Position numbers and translations under genes: made by a program
Shown here: positions 45,918-55,710 of the stretch, piece by piece
Layout: each line of letters starts with the position of its first letter
Numbering within the stretch: position 1 is the first letter of the stretch
From: Oscillospiraceae bacterium
GTDB taxonomy: Bacteria > Bacillota > Clostridia > Oscillospirales > CAG-272
Direction: 5' to 3'
Assembly (NCBI GenBank): GCA_015063685.1
Contig: SVTR01000015.1
Location: 400-64,399, forward strand
Length of the DNA: 64,000 nucleotides
Notes under the pieces: generated by a model
Database searches by the model: none
The model's input: the letters and a program-made list of their open reading frames with translations, nothing else
What the model was told of the DNA's origin: nothing

Positions 45918-48900
45918 ATGAATCAAAAAGAGATTATCAAAAAGTTTCACTCTCCCCCTGTGGCCTATCGTGGCAAGCCCTTCTGGTCGTGGAACGGTGA
46001 GCTGCGGGGCGAGGAGCTGGTCAGGCAGGCTCATATCATGAAAGAAATGGGCTTGGGCGGCTACTTTATGCACTCCCGCTCAGGTCTGATCACCGAATAT
46101 CTGGGAGACGAGTGGTTTGAGCTGGTCAACGAGGTAGCCGATGCCGCTGAGGCAGACGGCATGGAGGCCTGGCTCTACGACGAGGATCGTTGGCCCTCGG
46201 GATCCGCGGGCGGTAAGGTGACGGTAGATCCGCAGTACCGCATGAAATCCTTGTATATCTACGAATCCGATCCCGAAAAGGTAGATTGGAACGCTCAGTC
46301 CTTCGCTTTATACGCGGCAAAGCTGGACGGTATCAACCTTTACACCTACCGGGAAATTGATACCGCCTCCATTGCCTGTTGCAAGTGCGCCGCAGACAAG
46401 GTCAGGGAGACTGTCGCAGAACTGACTGATCTTGCCAAGGACGAGCCTGGTGAGTGGAAAGCTCTCCGCTTTGCCATCATCCCCGATGCTCCCAGCTCGG
46501 GCTATAACGGTACCACTTATATCGACACCATGAGCCGCAAGGCCACCGACAAGTTCATCGAGATGACCCATGAGGAATACGCCAAGCGTTGCGGTGATCG
46601 CATCGGCCGCAGTATCAAGGGCATCTTCACCGATGAGCCTCACCGCGGTCATTGCATGGATAATAGGGCCGTCCGCGATGGCATCATGTCTTGCGCCATG
46701 GCTTGGACGGATGACATATTTGAGGAATTTGAAAAGCGTTACGGCTTTGCCTGCCGTCCCATCCTCCCCGAGCTTTTCTACCGCAAAAACGGGGAGATGG
46801 TAGCCCCTGTCAAGCTTCATTATATTGATCTGGCAGACGCTCTCTTCCTGGAGCGCTTCGCCATACCCATCAATGACTGGTGCAAGGCTCACAATATGAT
46901 CTTCACAGGCCACGTCCTCCATGAGGACAGCCTTATGAACCAGACTGCGCCACATGGATCCCTCATGCGCTTTTACGAGCACATGGGCTATCCCGGTGTG
47001 GACGTACTGACAGAGCATAACCGTAACTACTGGATCGTCAAGCAGCTGTCCTCCGCCGCCCGTCAGCTGGGGCAGAAGTGGATGCTCTCCGAGCTGTACG
47101 GCGCGGTAGGCTGGCCCTTTGACTTCAAGGGGCATAAGGCCGTGGGAGATTGGCAAGCCCTCTTTGGCATTAACGTCCGCTGTCAACACCTTTCCTGGTA
47201 CACCATGGAGGGAGAAGCCAAGCGTGACTATCCCGCCTCCATCCTGCATCAATCCCCTTGGTATCACGATCATGGCAAGGTGGAAGATTACTTCGCCCGC
47301 TTTGGGCTGGTGATGTCCGAGGGTCGGGCGGATTGCGACGTCCTGTTGCTCAATCCCATTGAATCCCTCTGGTGCCAGGCCTACGCCGGCTGGGCGCATT
47401 CCATCAACAATGCTTCTCCCGACGTGGAACCATATGAGGTGCGTTACCGCCAGCTTTTCCATTTCCTTACCGGGAATCAGATCGACTTTGACTACGGTGA
47501 GGAGGAGATGATGTCCCGCCACGCGTCCGTGGACACGGTGGACGGCATGGCGATTCTCCGTGTGGGTCAGGCGGCGTACAAGACGGTGATCGTTTCCAAT
47601 ATGCTCACGATCCGTCCCACAACACTGGCACTTCTGAAGGACTTCATAGCCAAGGGCGGCAAGGTCATCTTCTGCGGCGACGCTCCTACTTATGTCAATG
47701 CCGTCGCATCTGATGAGCCTGTCGAGCTCTCAAAGAAGGGAGTACCCATCCCCTTCGATGAAGCTTCACTGGTCGCCGCCGTCCGTGAAGGCGGGGATGC
47801 CTTTGTCTCTGTCACCAACGGGGAGGGAAATACCGAAAAGACGGTGTTTGCCCAAGTCCGCCGTGACTTTGGCGGTGACGGGTACGCCGTGGTGGTGCTG
47901 AACACCGACCGCCAAAACCCCCGTCGTGGACTGACCCTTTCTCTCAAGGCTCCCGCGGGATATACCGTGGAGGAGTGGGATCTGGATACGGCAGATCGCT
48001 ACGACGCCTCTGCCATTTCTGATACGGCAGACGGTCTCTATCGTATTCATATGGATTTGGAGGCGGGCGGTACCCGTTGCTTGGTCTTCTCCCGTAGCAA
48101 AGACGAAACGCTTTCTCCGTTGCCCGATTACGTGACGGTAGCCGCCGAAACCCTGACGGGTGAGTTCCCCTACACCTGCGACGAGCCTAATGCCTGCGTT
48201 CTGGATTGGTGTAAGTGGCGCTGGAAGGGACAGGAGTGGCATGATGAGGCTGAGGTTCTATGGGCGGACAGACAGATCCGTACCGACGTAGGTATCGAAT
48301 GGCGCGGTGGCGGTATGCTCCAGCCTTGGTATTCCAAGACCCACGACACCAAGGAGTACGGCGAGCTACAGCTCTCCTATGAGTTCTGGGTGGATCAAAT
48401 GCCCGAGACCCCCGTGTATCTGGCGGGCGAGCGTCCTGAGCTGAACACTTATCGTATCAACGGCGTGACTCTTCGCAATACCGATATCAACGATTTCTGG
48501 ATCGATGATTGCTTCAAGAAAATGGCGATCCCCGCCGATGCCCTGAAGCTCGGGCGCAATGAGGTTACCGTTGACGTGGCCTTCAAGCGCACCACCAATG
48601 TGGAAGCCCTCTATCTGGTGGGAAATTTCGGTGTCAAGCTGGAGGGTCGCAAGCGTTCGATGGTCGAACTTCCTGCCCGCATGGGATGCGCCAATTATGC
48701 CGATTACCATATGCCCTTCTTTACGGGCAATCTGACCTATACCATCTCTCCCGAGATGTATCTGCCCCTGCTGGGAGATACAGTCACAAAAGCTGACCGC
48801 ATCGTGCTGACGCCCAAGGAGTTCACCGGTGCCTGCGTCAAGGTGACTGCGGCAGGGAAGCGCGTTATCCTCGGTTGGGAGCCCTACGAGGCTGACGTGA

Positions 48901-49109
48901 CCGAGGCCGTCCAAAACCGGTTGCCCATTTTCGTCACCGTGGAGGGTACCCGTACCAATCTGTTCGGACCGCTTCATGAGGTGGCTAAACCAGCCGGACT
49001 TTGTTCCCCCGGTAATTTCGTTACCACGGGAGATCAATGGACTGATGATTACAGTCTGCTCAAAAGCGGTTTGAGAGGCTTTACATTTAAAGCACAAAAT
49101 AAAAAATAA
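45918..49109 (+). CDS. Cytoplasmic large glycoside hydrolase, possibly GH106-like (alpha-L-rhamnosidase family); family uncertain
   Basis: 1063-aa ORF with no signal peptide. N-terminal SPPVAYRGKPFWSWNGELRGEELVRQAHIMKEMGLGGYFMHSRSGL...YLGDEWF resembles the N-terminal signature I associate with GH106-type enzymes. It sits close to the GH78 gene, separated from it only by the SBP gene. Confidence 0.5.
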   Translation: MNQKEIIKKFHSPPVAYRGKPFWSWNGELRGEELVRQAHIMKEMGLGGYFMHSRSGLITEYLGDEWFELVNEVADAAEADGMEAWLYDEDRWPSGSAGGKVTVDPQYRMKSLYIYESDPEKVDWNAQSFALYAAKLDGINLYTYREIDTASIACCKCAADKVRETVAELTDLAKDEPGEWKALRFAIIPDAPSSGYNGTTYIDTMSRKATDKFIEMTHEEYAKRCGDRIGRSIKGIFTDEPHRGHCMDNRAVRDGIMSCAMAWTDDIFEEFEKRYGFACRPILPELFYRKNGEMVAPVKLHYIDLADALFLERFAIPINDWCKAHNMIFTGHVLHEDSLMNQTAPHGSLMRFYEHMGYPGVDVLTEHNRNYWIVKQLSSAARQLGQKWMLSELYGAVGWPFDFKGHKAVGDWQALFGINVRCQHLSWYTMEGEAKRDYPASILHQSPWYHDHGKVEDYFARFGLVMSEGRADCDVLLLNPIESLWCQAYAGWAHSINNASPDVEPYEVRYRQLFHFLTGNQIDFDYGEEEMMSRHASVDTVDGMAILRVGQAAYKTVIVSNMLTIRPTTLALLKDFIAKGGKVIFCGDAPTYVNAVASDEPVELSKKGVPIPFDEASLVAAVREGGDAFVSVTNGEGNTEKTVFAQVRRDFGGDGYAVVVLNTDRQNPRRGLTLSLKAPAGYTVEEWDLDTADRYDASAISDTADGLYRIHMDLEAGGTRCLVFSRSKDETLSPLPDYVTVAAETLTGEFPYTCDEPNACVLDWCKWRWKGQEWHDEAEVLWADRQIRTDVGIEWRGGGMLQPWYSKTHDTKEYGELQLSYEFWVDQMPETPVYLAGERPELNTYRINGVTLRNTDINDFWIDDCFKKMAIPADALKLGRNEVTVDVAFKRTTNVEALYLVGNFGVKLEGRKRSMVELPARMGCANYADYHMPFFTGNLTYTISPEMYLPLLGDTVTKADRIVLTPKEFTGACVKVTAAGKRVILGWEPYEADVTEAVQNRLPIFVTVEGTRTNLFGPLHEVAKPAGLCSPGNFVTTGDQWTDDYSLLKSGLRGFTFKAQNKK

Positions 49110-49121
49110 AGAGGAATGGAC

Positions 49122-51644
49122 ATGAAAAAATTAGTATTACTCGTAACCTTCGTGCTACTCATGGCCTTGGTGGTTGTTTCCTGTACCCAAGAGCCTACAA
49201 CGCCTACCGAAACGGATACCGCAATCGCAACGGGGGCAGTCACAAATCCCCCCGCTGAGAAACCCACGGAAGCGCCCTCTGCGGCAGCCACCGAAGCAGC
49301 CACCAAGGTGACCGCTACAGAGCCTGAAAGCTCCGCAAGCGTTGTTACCGAGGCTCCTACGAATGATCTTCCCGAAACGCCCACAGAGGCTCCCACGGAA
49401 GCTCTCCCTGAAACACCTACTGAAACGCCTACCGAGACTCCCACCGATGAGCCTGAGGTTCCCACTGTGGAGCCCGAGACTCCTACCGATGAGCCCGAGG
49501 TTCCCACCGCGGAGCCCGAGGTTCCCACCGATGAGCCTGAGGTTCCCACCGAGGAGCCTGAGGTTCCCACTGAAGAGCCTGAGACCGAGGCACCTACAGA
49601 AGATCCCAACGCCCCCATCTATATCATGGATGCTGAATTCATCGCGGAGAAGGCCAACACCCCTGACGACCCTTTCACCGCTATGGATATCGCATTTGCA
49701 GCTACGGTAACCGAGGGCAGTCGGACCTATGCCCGTATTGCTGCCACCGGCGGCGATCCTTATATCGCCCTCATCCCCCTCGGCTCGGATATGTACCTGA
49801 CCAACTATTTGGCTATCAGCTATCGCAACAACAGCCTGTATCCCGGTCAGCTCTACATGGGTTCGGGTTCGGGTTGGTCTGGCTCCGGTGACTTCTTCAA
49901 GGCCAACTGGACCACCGACAATGAATGGGATCTCATGATCGTGGATCTCTCCACCACAGGCATGACCTCCATTGTGGATGATATCTTCACCTATCTCCGC
50001 CTGGATATTTTCGATGGTAAGGTGACTGAGGACGAGTGGTTTGACGTTGAATTTGTCGCTTTCTTTGAAAGCCCCGAGCAGGCCGTCGCCTACTATGAGG
50101 CTCGCCATGGAGAAATGACCAAGGATTACAACGATAACTCGGTCGATACACCCATGCCCGCCCCTCCCGCAGACGATAAACCCGATGATCCTCCGACACA
50201 AAACCCGGATGTTCCCACCTTTGAGCCCGGTGACCTCATTGATTTCGACCTGACCTGGCTCACCGGTAAGGAATTCCAAAGCAGTCAGCCCGCCCTGGGT
50301 AATTCCCACACAGGCCCCGTATTTAACCTTGTGGACGGCTATATCAATCTGGGTTCCATCGATCTTTCTTATTATGCCAAGTGCGAGATCACCTATTCCA
50401 CCACCAACGACAAGACCGCCTTTGATGCCAACGGCCCTCACGTCATTGGCCTGAAGAGCGAGCAGTCCAGCTACGGCTTTGATACGGCGCACAATTACAG
50501 CGGCGACCTGGCACATACCGAAATGGTGTTCAGCGCAGGAGGTTACTCGGATCTGCGCGTTGCGGTGGTTGATCTGACAGACGTGACCTATAGCGGTACC
50601 GTATACGTATCCGGTCATAACGCATGGCTTCATTCCATCTTTGTCACGGGTATCAAGCTGATTCCCGGGGAGGCTACGGATGAGCCCGAAGATCCCGTAG
50701 GACCAATTGTTGAGGATATCGACTTTGATCTGACAAAATTCTCTGATCAAGCCGGATATAATCCTGATTTCTCTGCGGTGAACATCAATGTTCCCATGTT
50801 CAATTTGTATAATCAGAGCATTTATCTTGGCAAATTGGATCTTGCCGGGTATGAAAAGTGCATCATCACTTACACCTTCGGCCCCAATGAAAGTGCCTTC
50901 AACGCAACCGGCCCTCATCCTATCGGTCTGAAGAGCATTGCCGACGCGTACGGTGTTGGCACACATCATAACAATGATGGTAAGATTGCCTGCGTTGACA
51001 TGGAGTTCCGTTCAGGCGGTATCCACGGTGATCTGTTAAGAACCGCAACCATTGACTTGACGGACATTGCATATAACGGTGCCGTGTATGTCAGCGGCCA
51101 CAGCCCTGAGGGTGAGTCTATCATGATTACGGGTATCAAGCTGATTGCCGCAGAGGCTACGGATGAGCCTGTAGAACCCGAAGAACCCGAAAAACCTGAA
51201 ACTGCCGAGGAAATCGACTTTGATCTGACTCAACTCACAGGCAAAGACTTCCAAAGTAGCCAACCCGCCCTGGGCGAGTCCCACACCGGCCCCGTATTTA
51301 ACCTTGTGGACGGATACATCAATCTGGGCACCGTCGATCTTGCAAAGTATTCCAAGTGCGAGATCACCTATTCCACCACCAACGACAAGACCGCCTTTGA
51401 CGCCAACGGCCCCCACGTCATTGGTCTCAAGAGCGAGCAGTCCAGCTACGGCTTTGATACGGCTCACAATTACAGCGGCGATCTGGCACATACCGAAATG
51501 GTGTTCAGCGACGGAGGCTACTCGGATCTTCGCGTTGCGGTGGTTGATCTAACCGACGTGACCTATAGCGGTACCGTATACGTAACCGGTCATAACGTCT
51601 GGCTTCATTCCATCTTTGTCACGGGTATTAAGCTGATTCCTTGA
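49122..51644 (+). CDS. Secreted lipoprotein with acidic EPEVPT linker and three ~145-aa CBM-like repeats
   Basis: Lipobox VVVSC. 21-bp repeats (EPEVPT[DAE]) at ~49444-49590. Three IDFDLT...VTGIKLI modules, the first and third nearly identical. Confidence 0.8.
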   Translation: MKKLVLLVTFVLLMALVVVSCTQEPTTPTETDTAIATGAVTNPPAEKPTEAPSAAATEAATKVTATEPESSASVVTEAPTNDLPETPTEAPTEALPETPTETPTETPTDEPEVPTVEPETPTDEPEVPTAEPEVPTDEPEVPTEEPEVPTEEPETEAPTEDPNAPIYIMDAEFIAEKANTPDDPFTAMDIAFAATVTEGSRTYARIAATGGDPYIALIPLGSDMYLTNYLAISYRNNSLYPGQLYMGSGSGWSGSGDFFKANWTTDNEWDLMIVDLSTTGMTSIVDDIFTYLRLDIFDGKVTEDEWFDVEFVAFFESPEQAVAYYEARHGEMTKDYNDNSVDTPMPAPPADDKPDDPPTQNPDVPTFEPGDLIDFDLTWLTGKEFQSSQPALGNSHTGPVFNLVDGYINLGSIDLSYYAKCEITYSTTNDKTAFDANGPHVIGLKSEQSSYGFDTAHNYSGDLAHTEMVFSAGGYSDLRVAVVDLTDVTYSGTVYVSGHNAWLHSIFVTGIKLIPGEATDEPEDPVGPIVEDIDFDLTKFSDQAGYNPDFSAVNINVPMFNLYNQSIYLGKLDLAGYEKCIITYTFGPNESAFNATGPHPIGLKSIADAYGVGTHHNNDGKIACVDMEFRSGGIHGDLLRTATIDLTDIAYNGAVYVSGHSPEGESIMITGIKLIAAEATDEPVEPEEPEKPETAEEIDFDLTQLTGKDFQSSQPALGESHTGPVFNLVDGYINLGTVDLAKYSKCEITYSTTNDKTAFDANGPHVIGLKSEQSSYGFDTAHNYSGDLAHTEMVFSDGGYSDLRVAVVDLTDVTYSGTVYVTGHNVWLHSIFVTGIKLIP
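50238..50666 (+). repeat. Intragenic long direct repeat, copy 1 (pairs with 51213..51641)
   Basis: Roughly 90% DNA identity by eye over ~430 bp. Long identical runs, for example aagtgcgagatcacctattccaccaccaacgacaagaccgcctttga. Confidence 0.85.
51213..51641 (+). repeat. Intragenic long direct repeat, copy 2
   Basis: See 50238..50666; the offset is 975 bp (in frame). Confidence 0.85.
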
Positions 51645-51732
51645 TCAGGTAAATTGAAATTGCGATTTTTTGATGCCATAAACGACTATTGAAATTAAGC
51701 ATATTTCTGCTCCTTTCTGAAAATGGGAGCCG

Positions 51733-51762
51733 CTCCCCCGCCCGCAAGGGTGGGGGAGTTTT
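51733..51762 (+). terminator. Rho-independent terminator closing the 36.4-51.6 kb gene array
   Basis: CTCCCCCGCCC-gcaa-GGGTGGGGGAG followed by TTTT. Confidence 0.7.
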
Positions 51763-51908
51763 CTATATTTGTTGAAGCTTTCAGTCACGGGATTTGCGCG
51801 AGGTAAAGGATGCAGAAAAAATCTCATCACATATAAGTATGGGTGTTTTTCTGATTTTAACACTTACGTGTTAATGAGCGGTGGAAGTGAGCGCGACGGA
51901 GCCGTGTA

Positions 51909-51937
51909 TTGACAATTCTACTAACTTATGCTATAAT
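51909..51937 (+). promoter_or_regulatory. Consensus promoter TTGACA-17-TATAAT
   Basis: TTGACA at 51909-51914, 17-nt spacer, TATAAT at 51932-51937, 38 nt before the GNAT start. Confidence 0.55.
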
Positions 51938-51974
51938 TAATAAACATTTTGGCAAAGAATATTGAGGTATATCA

Positions 51975-52424
51975 ATGATTATCGAGCTTGCTCAAGGCAA
52001 GGAGAAGCAAAAAATTGCTAAACTGGACAGCCATATTCCGTCACCGCGCTTGGGTGAGTGCATTTGGAACGGTCAAGTCTACGTGCTCAAGGATGACTCC
52101 ATCAAAAACGGTGGTCAGAATCATCGTGTGAAGGATCCTGTCGTTGGCGTACTGCGATATAGCTTATTCTGGCAGTCTATCCCGTTCCTTGACTTACTAT
52201 ACATTGACGAAGCATACAGAAATCGTGGCTTCGGTACTCAGCTGATGCACGAGTGGGAAACGGTAATGGAGATTCGCGGATACAAGTACGCTATGACGAG
52301 CACACAAGCCGACGAGGATGCCTGGAAGTTCTACGAAAAGCTCGGTTATCACAAAGTTGGCGGATTCTTTCCTCCCGAACAGGAGGCCGAAGAATGGATG
52401 TATGTGAAAGAATTAGGAAAATAA
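51975..52424 (+). CDS. GNAT-family N-acetyltransferase
   Basis: LYIDEAYRNRGFGTQLMHEWETVMEIRGYKYAMTSTQADEDAWKFYEKLGY matches the acetyl-CoA-binding motif A region. Confidence 0.8.
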   Translation: MIIELAQGKEKQKIAKLDSHIPSPRLGECIWNGQVYVLKDDSIKNGGQNHRVKDPVVGVLRYSLFWQSIPFLDLLYIDEAYRNRGFGTQLMHEWETVMEIRGYKYAMTSTQADEDAWKFYEKLGYHKVGGFFPPEQEAEEWMYVKELGK

Positions 52425-52426
52425 AA

Positions 52427-53281
52427 ATGGACAAACTCAAGCAAAACCGCGCGGCGAGCTTTATTGTCGTCACGCTGGTGTACATAATTGCTATCGCGGT
52501 GGGTGTGCTTGCCTATCGCGCGCTCACATTCGATTGGTGGCTGTCGCTGCTCGTTGCAGACGTGGTGGCAACCGTGGTGACCTTTATTTTCAGCCTTATT
52601 TGGGAGAACGCATCGGTCTATGACCCCTATTGGAGCGTGCAACCGCCCGTCATTCTCGTGGCGCTTGCCATCGGCAAGGAGCTGACGCTCCTCGGCGTTC
52701 TTCTGCTTGTGGTCGTGTCCTTTTGGGCAATCCGCTTGACGGCGAACTGGGCGTACACCTTTGGAAATCTCACGCACCAGGACTGGCGTTACACCATGCT
52801 TCATGAAAAGACGGGTGTATTTTACCCCATCATCAATTTCGTGGGCATCCACATGGTGCCGACGCTGGTGGTGTACGGCTGTGTTTTGCCCGGTGTATAC
52901 GCCATCCGTGAAGGACTTTCCGCCAATATCGCAAGCGTGCTGTTTCTGTGTCTGTCCCTCTGGGCGGCCATCATGCAGGGAATCGCGGATATTCAGATGC
53001 ACAAATTCCGCAAGAATCGCACCGCGTCTTTTATCCGCATAGGCCTTTGGAAATACTCGCGCCATCCCAATTATCTTGGCGAGATTCTCATGTGGTGGGG
53101 CGTCGGCATGGCCGTGGTTTGCGCGGCACCGAGCGCGTGGTATCTCGCGGCGGGCGCTGTGGCAAATACGATCCTGTTTTTTGCGGTCAGCATTCCGATG
53201 GCAGACAAACGCCAGTCCCGCAAGGACGGCTTTGCTGAATATAAAAAGCAGACAAGAATGCTGCTGCCCATCAAAAAATAA
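52427..53281 (+). CDS. DUF1295 / steroid-5-alpha-reductase-like integral membrane protein
   Basis: Multi-TM protein with GLWKYSRHPNYLGEILMWWG signature. ATG 52427 directly follows the GNAT stop. Confidence 0.75.
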   Translation: MDKLKQNRAASFIVVTLVYIIAIAVGVLAYRALTFDWWLSLLVADVVATVVTFIFSLIWENASVYDPYWSVQPPVILVALAIGKELTLLGVLLLVVVSFWAIRLTANWAYTFGNLTHQDWRYTMLHEKTGVFYPIINFVGIHMVPTLVVYGCVLPGVYAIREGLSANIASVLFLCLSLWAAIMQGIADIQMHKFRKNRTASFIRIGLWKYSRHPNYLGEILMWWGVGMAVVCAAPSAWYLAAGAVANTILFFAVSIPMADKRQSRKDGFAEYKKQTRMLLPIKK

Positions 53282-53315
53282 TTTCTAACATAAGAAATAA
53301 GAAAAGGGTACGACT

Positions 53316-54185
53316 ATGCTTTGGATGATTGCCGCTATACTTTCCGCTGTGTTTGCAGGGCTGACCTCAATTCTTGCAAAATGCGGTATCAAAAAGACTG
53401 ACTCCGACCTCGCTACAGCGATTCGCACCATTATGGTGATGATCTTTTCGTGGGTAATGGTGTTCGTAGTCGGATCGCAAGGCACGATCGTGGAAATTCA
53501 GCCCAAGCCACTGATCTTTTTGATTCTCTCGGGGCTTGCCACGGGCGCTTCGTGGATTTGCTACTTTAAGGCGCTTTCGATGGGGGACATCAACAAGGTC
53601 GTTCCCATTGATAAGTCAAGCACAATACTCACTGTCCTGCTCGCGATCATTTGCTTTGGTGAGACGTCGAATTTGGTATTCAAGCTGATCGCCACTGCCA
53701 TTCTCGCGCTTGGCATCTTTCTCATGGTCGAAAAGAAAAAGACCGAAGGACAGGCGAAGGGGCATTCATGGATGATCTACGCGGTGCTCTCCGCCATTTT
53801 TGCCGCACTCACATCGATACTGGCCAAGGTGGGTATTTCGGGCGTGGAATCCAATCTTGGCACGGCGATCCGAACGTGCGTCGTGCTCGTTATGGCTTGG
53901 GGAATCGTTCTTGCGCGCGGAAAGCAGAAGCAACTGCCGTCGCTTGACAAAAAGGAACTGCTGTTCATTTCGCTTTCGGGCATTGCTACGGGAGCATCGT
54001 GGTTGTGTTACTATTACGCGATCGGTCATGGACTTGTCAGCGTAGTAGTTCCAATCGACAAGCTGAGTATTATCGTAACAGTTGCGTTTTCTTATTTCGT
54101 GTTTAAGGAAAAACTTTCGAAAAAATCCTTCCTTGGGCTTTGCCTGATGGTCACAGGCACCTTGCTTATGGCGTTTTTTAAGTAA
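53316..54185 (+). CDS. EamA/DMT-family transporter
   Basis: 10-TM pattern with two internally repeated EamA halves (ILSAVFAGLTSILAK... / VLSAIFAALTSILAK...). Confidence 0.85.
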   Translation: MLWMIAAILSAVFAGLTSILAKCGIKKTDSDLATAIRTIMVMIFSWVMVFVVGSQGTIVEIQPKPLIFLILSGLATGASWICYFKALSMGDINKVVPIDKSSTILTVLLAIICFGETSNLVFKLIATAILALGIFLMVEKKKTEGQAKGHSWMIYAVLSAIFAALTSILAKVGISGVESNLGTAIRTCVVLVMAWGIVLARGKQKQLPSLDKKELLFISLSGIATGASWLCYYYAIGHGLVSVVVPIDKLSIIVTVAFSYFVFKEKLSKKSFLGLCLMVTGTLLMAFFK

Positions 54186-54218
54186 TGAAAAAAAACAGAA
54201 GAAATTTTCCTGAATCTC

Positions 54219-54247
54219 TTGCAAATTGCGCGAAAACGCTATATAAT
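54219..54247 (+). promoter_or_regulatory. Promoter TTGCAA-17-TATAAT
   Basis: TTGCAA at 54219-54224, 17-nt spacer, TATAAT at 54242-54247. Confidence 0.5.
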
Positions 54248-54285
54248 ATATAGCGTAATTCCGCTACTTACCGGAGGTGATTTCA

Positions 54286-55530
54286 ATGCTGAAAAATGAT
54301 TACATAACCATAGCCGAAGCATCGGAGCGGTGGGGGTTGTCGCAACGCCAGGTGCAACATTTGTGTCTGCATGGTTCTGTCGAAGGCGCGACCAAGTTCG
54401 GCCGTGCTTGGATGATACCAAAGAATGCGAAAAAGCCTATCGACGGCAGAACACGTGAGGCGAGAGCCGAGTATGACGCGGATATGCCGCTGCCCCGCAA
54501 AACGCCCTTCCTTTATATGACCGATCTGTACCACACCCCCGGCACGGCTGACACAGTTGGCGAAAGTCTTGCATACAACCACGAAGCACAGGTGCTTTTT
54601 GAGGCCGAGGTCGCATACTCGCGCGGCGAGATTGATAAGGTTTACGATATCGCAAACTACCTGCTCTCGAAGCACTCAGGCTTTTATGCTGTTCTTTCAG
54701 CAGGGATGCTTTTGGCAATGTGCGCAGTCTGGAAGGGCGACATCAATATGTGGCGAAAGGCCAAGGTGCATATAGCCGAAGCACCCGCTACAAACGACGA
54801 TGACCGGGATATGATGCAGCTTGCCATCAGCGCTGTTGATATTATGATATACAACGTGGAAAGCTTCCCGGAATGGTTCAAAAAGGGACGTTTTGAGCCA
54901 ATTCACAAGGATGCCTATCCTGCGGTGAAGGTGTATTACGCCAAATATCTGTATGCGCTCGGTTACGCCGTTGCCATGGGTCTTGTGAAGGTGGACGGAA
55001 CGCATGGACTTTACATAATGTCGGTGATCTCGTTTTCAGTAGAGCCCATGATCTCATGGGCGCGGGCGAATCGCACCATTATGTCCGAGATTTATTTGCG
55101 CCTTACCTGCGCCGCCATATACCACAACTGCGGTAAGGAGGAGGACGCGATCTACCACATCGACAAGGCCATCGAGCTGGCTCTCCCCGATAAGTTCTAC
55201 GGTGTGCTTGCCGAATACTGCCGCGCACTCGACACTTTGATGGAGAAGCGACTATCTCGCATCGACGAGAGCGTTTGGATCGAGGTCAAGAAGCTATATA
55301 AGATCTATAACGAAGGCTGGGCGTCTCTCTCGGGAGCGGTTCGAGGAAAAACGATTTTGACTACTCTTTCCGATAAGGAGCGTGAGGTGGCCAAGCTTGC
55401 CGCCTTTGGCATGAGCAACCGAGAGATTGCGGATCATATGCATCTGTCCCTTTCTGTCGTTAAGCAAGCGGTTCGTATCGTCAGCGAAAAATCGGGCTTA
55501 CCCCGTTCGGAATTTGCGGCAATTTTGTAA
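54286..55530 (+). CDS. Cytoplasmic LuxR-family regulator with N-terminal excisionase/MerR-like HTH and helical middle region
   Basis: ATG 54286 follows GGAGGTG. N-terminal ITIAEASERWGLSQRQVQHLCLHG. C-terminal LSDKEREVAKLAAFGMSNREIADHMHLSLSVVKQAVRIVSEK. Confidence 0.8.
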   Translation: MLKNDYITIAEASERWGLSQRQVQHLCLHGSVEGATKFGRAWMIPKNAKKPIDGRTREARAEYDADMPLPRKTPFLYMTDLYHTPGTADTVGESLAYNHEAQVLFEAEVAYSRGEIDKVYDIANYLLSKHSGFYAVLSAGMLLAMCAVWKGDINMWRKAKVHIAEAPATNDDDRDMMQLAISAVDIMIYNVESFPEWFKKGRFEPIHKDAYPAVKVYYAKYLYALGYAVAMGLVKVDGTHGLYIMSVISFSVEPMISWARANRTIMSEIYLRLTCAAIYHNCGKEEDAIYHIDKAIELALPDKFYGVLAEYCRALDTLMEKRLSRIDESVWIEVKKLYKIYNEGWASLSGAVRGKTILTTLSDKEREVAKLAAFGMSNREIADHMHLSLSVVKQAVRIVSEKSGLPRSEFAAIL

Positions 55531-55643
55531 TTTTATATATCCAAAACGTCCCAAAAAGATATATAGATGTTCCCATAAAGCCGAAAATGCCGGAAAAATA
55601 AGACCTCAAAAAGGGATTTTAGGTAATACCCAAAAACAAAAAA

Positions 55644-55690
55644 GTCTGCTATACTGTAAGCAACAGTATAGCAGATTTTTCTTTTTGGAA
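55644..55690 (+). terminator. Rho-independent terminator after the LuxR-family gene
   Basis: GTCTGCTATACTGT-aagca-ACAGTATAGCAGAT followed by TTTTTCTTTTT. Confidence 0.75.
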
Positions 55691-55710
55691 GATCTGTGGA
55701 GGGAGGAAAT

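Noticed and set aside
50238-51641. A diversity-generating retroelement (template/variable repeat pair), suggested by the near-identical intragenic repeats.
   Set aside because: There is no reverse transcriptase in the window. Both repeats are coding and in frame. The mismatches I read are mostly synonymous C/T or G/A changes, not adenine-specific.
55531-55640. CCCAAAAA-like motifs downstream of the LuxR gene, considered as a third ACACCC-type array.
   Set aside because: There are only three loose matches with irregular spacing (about 21 and 60 bp) and no associated extended -10.
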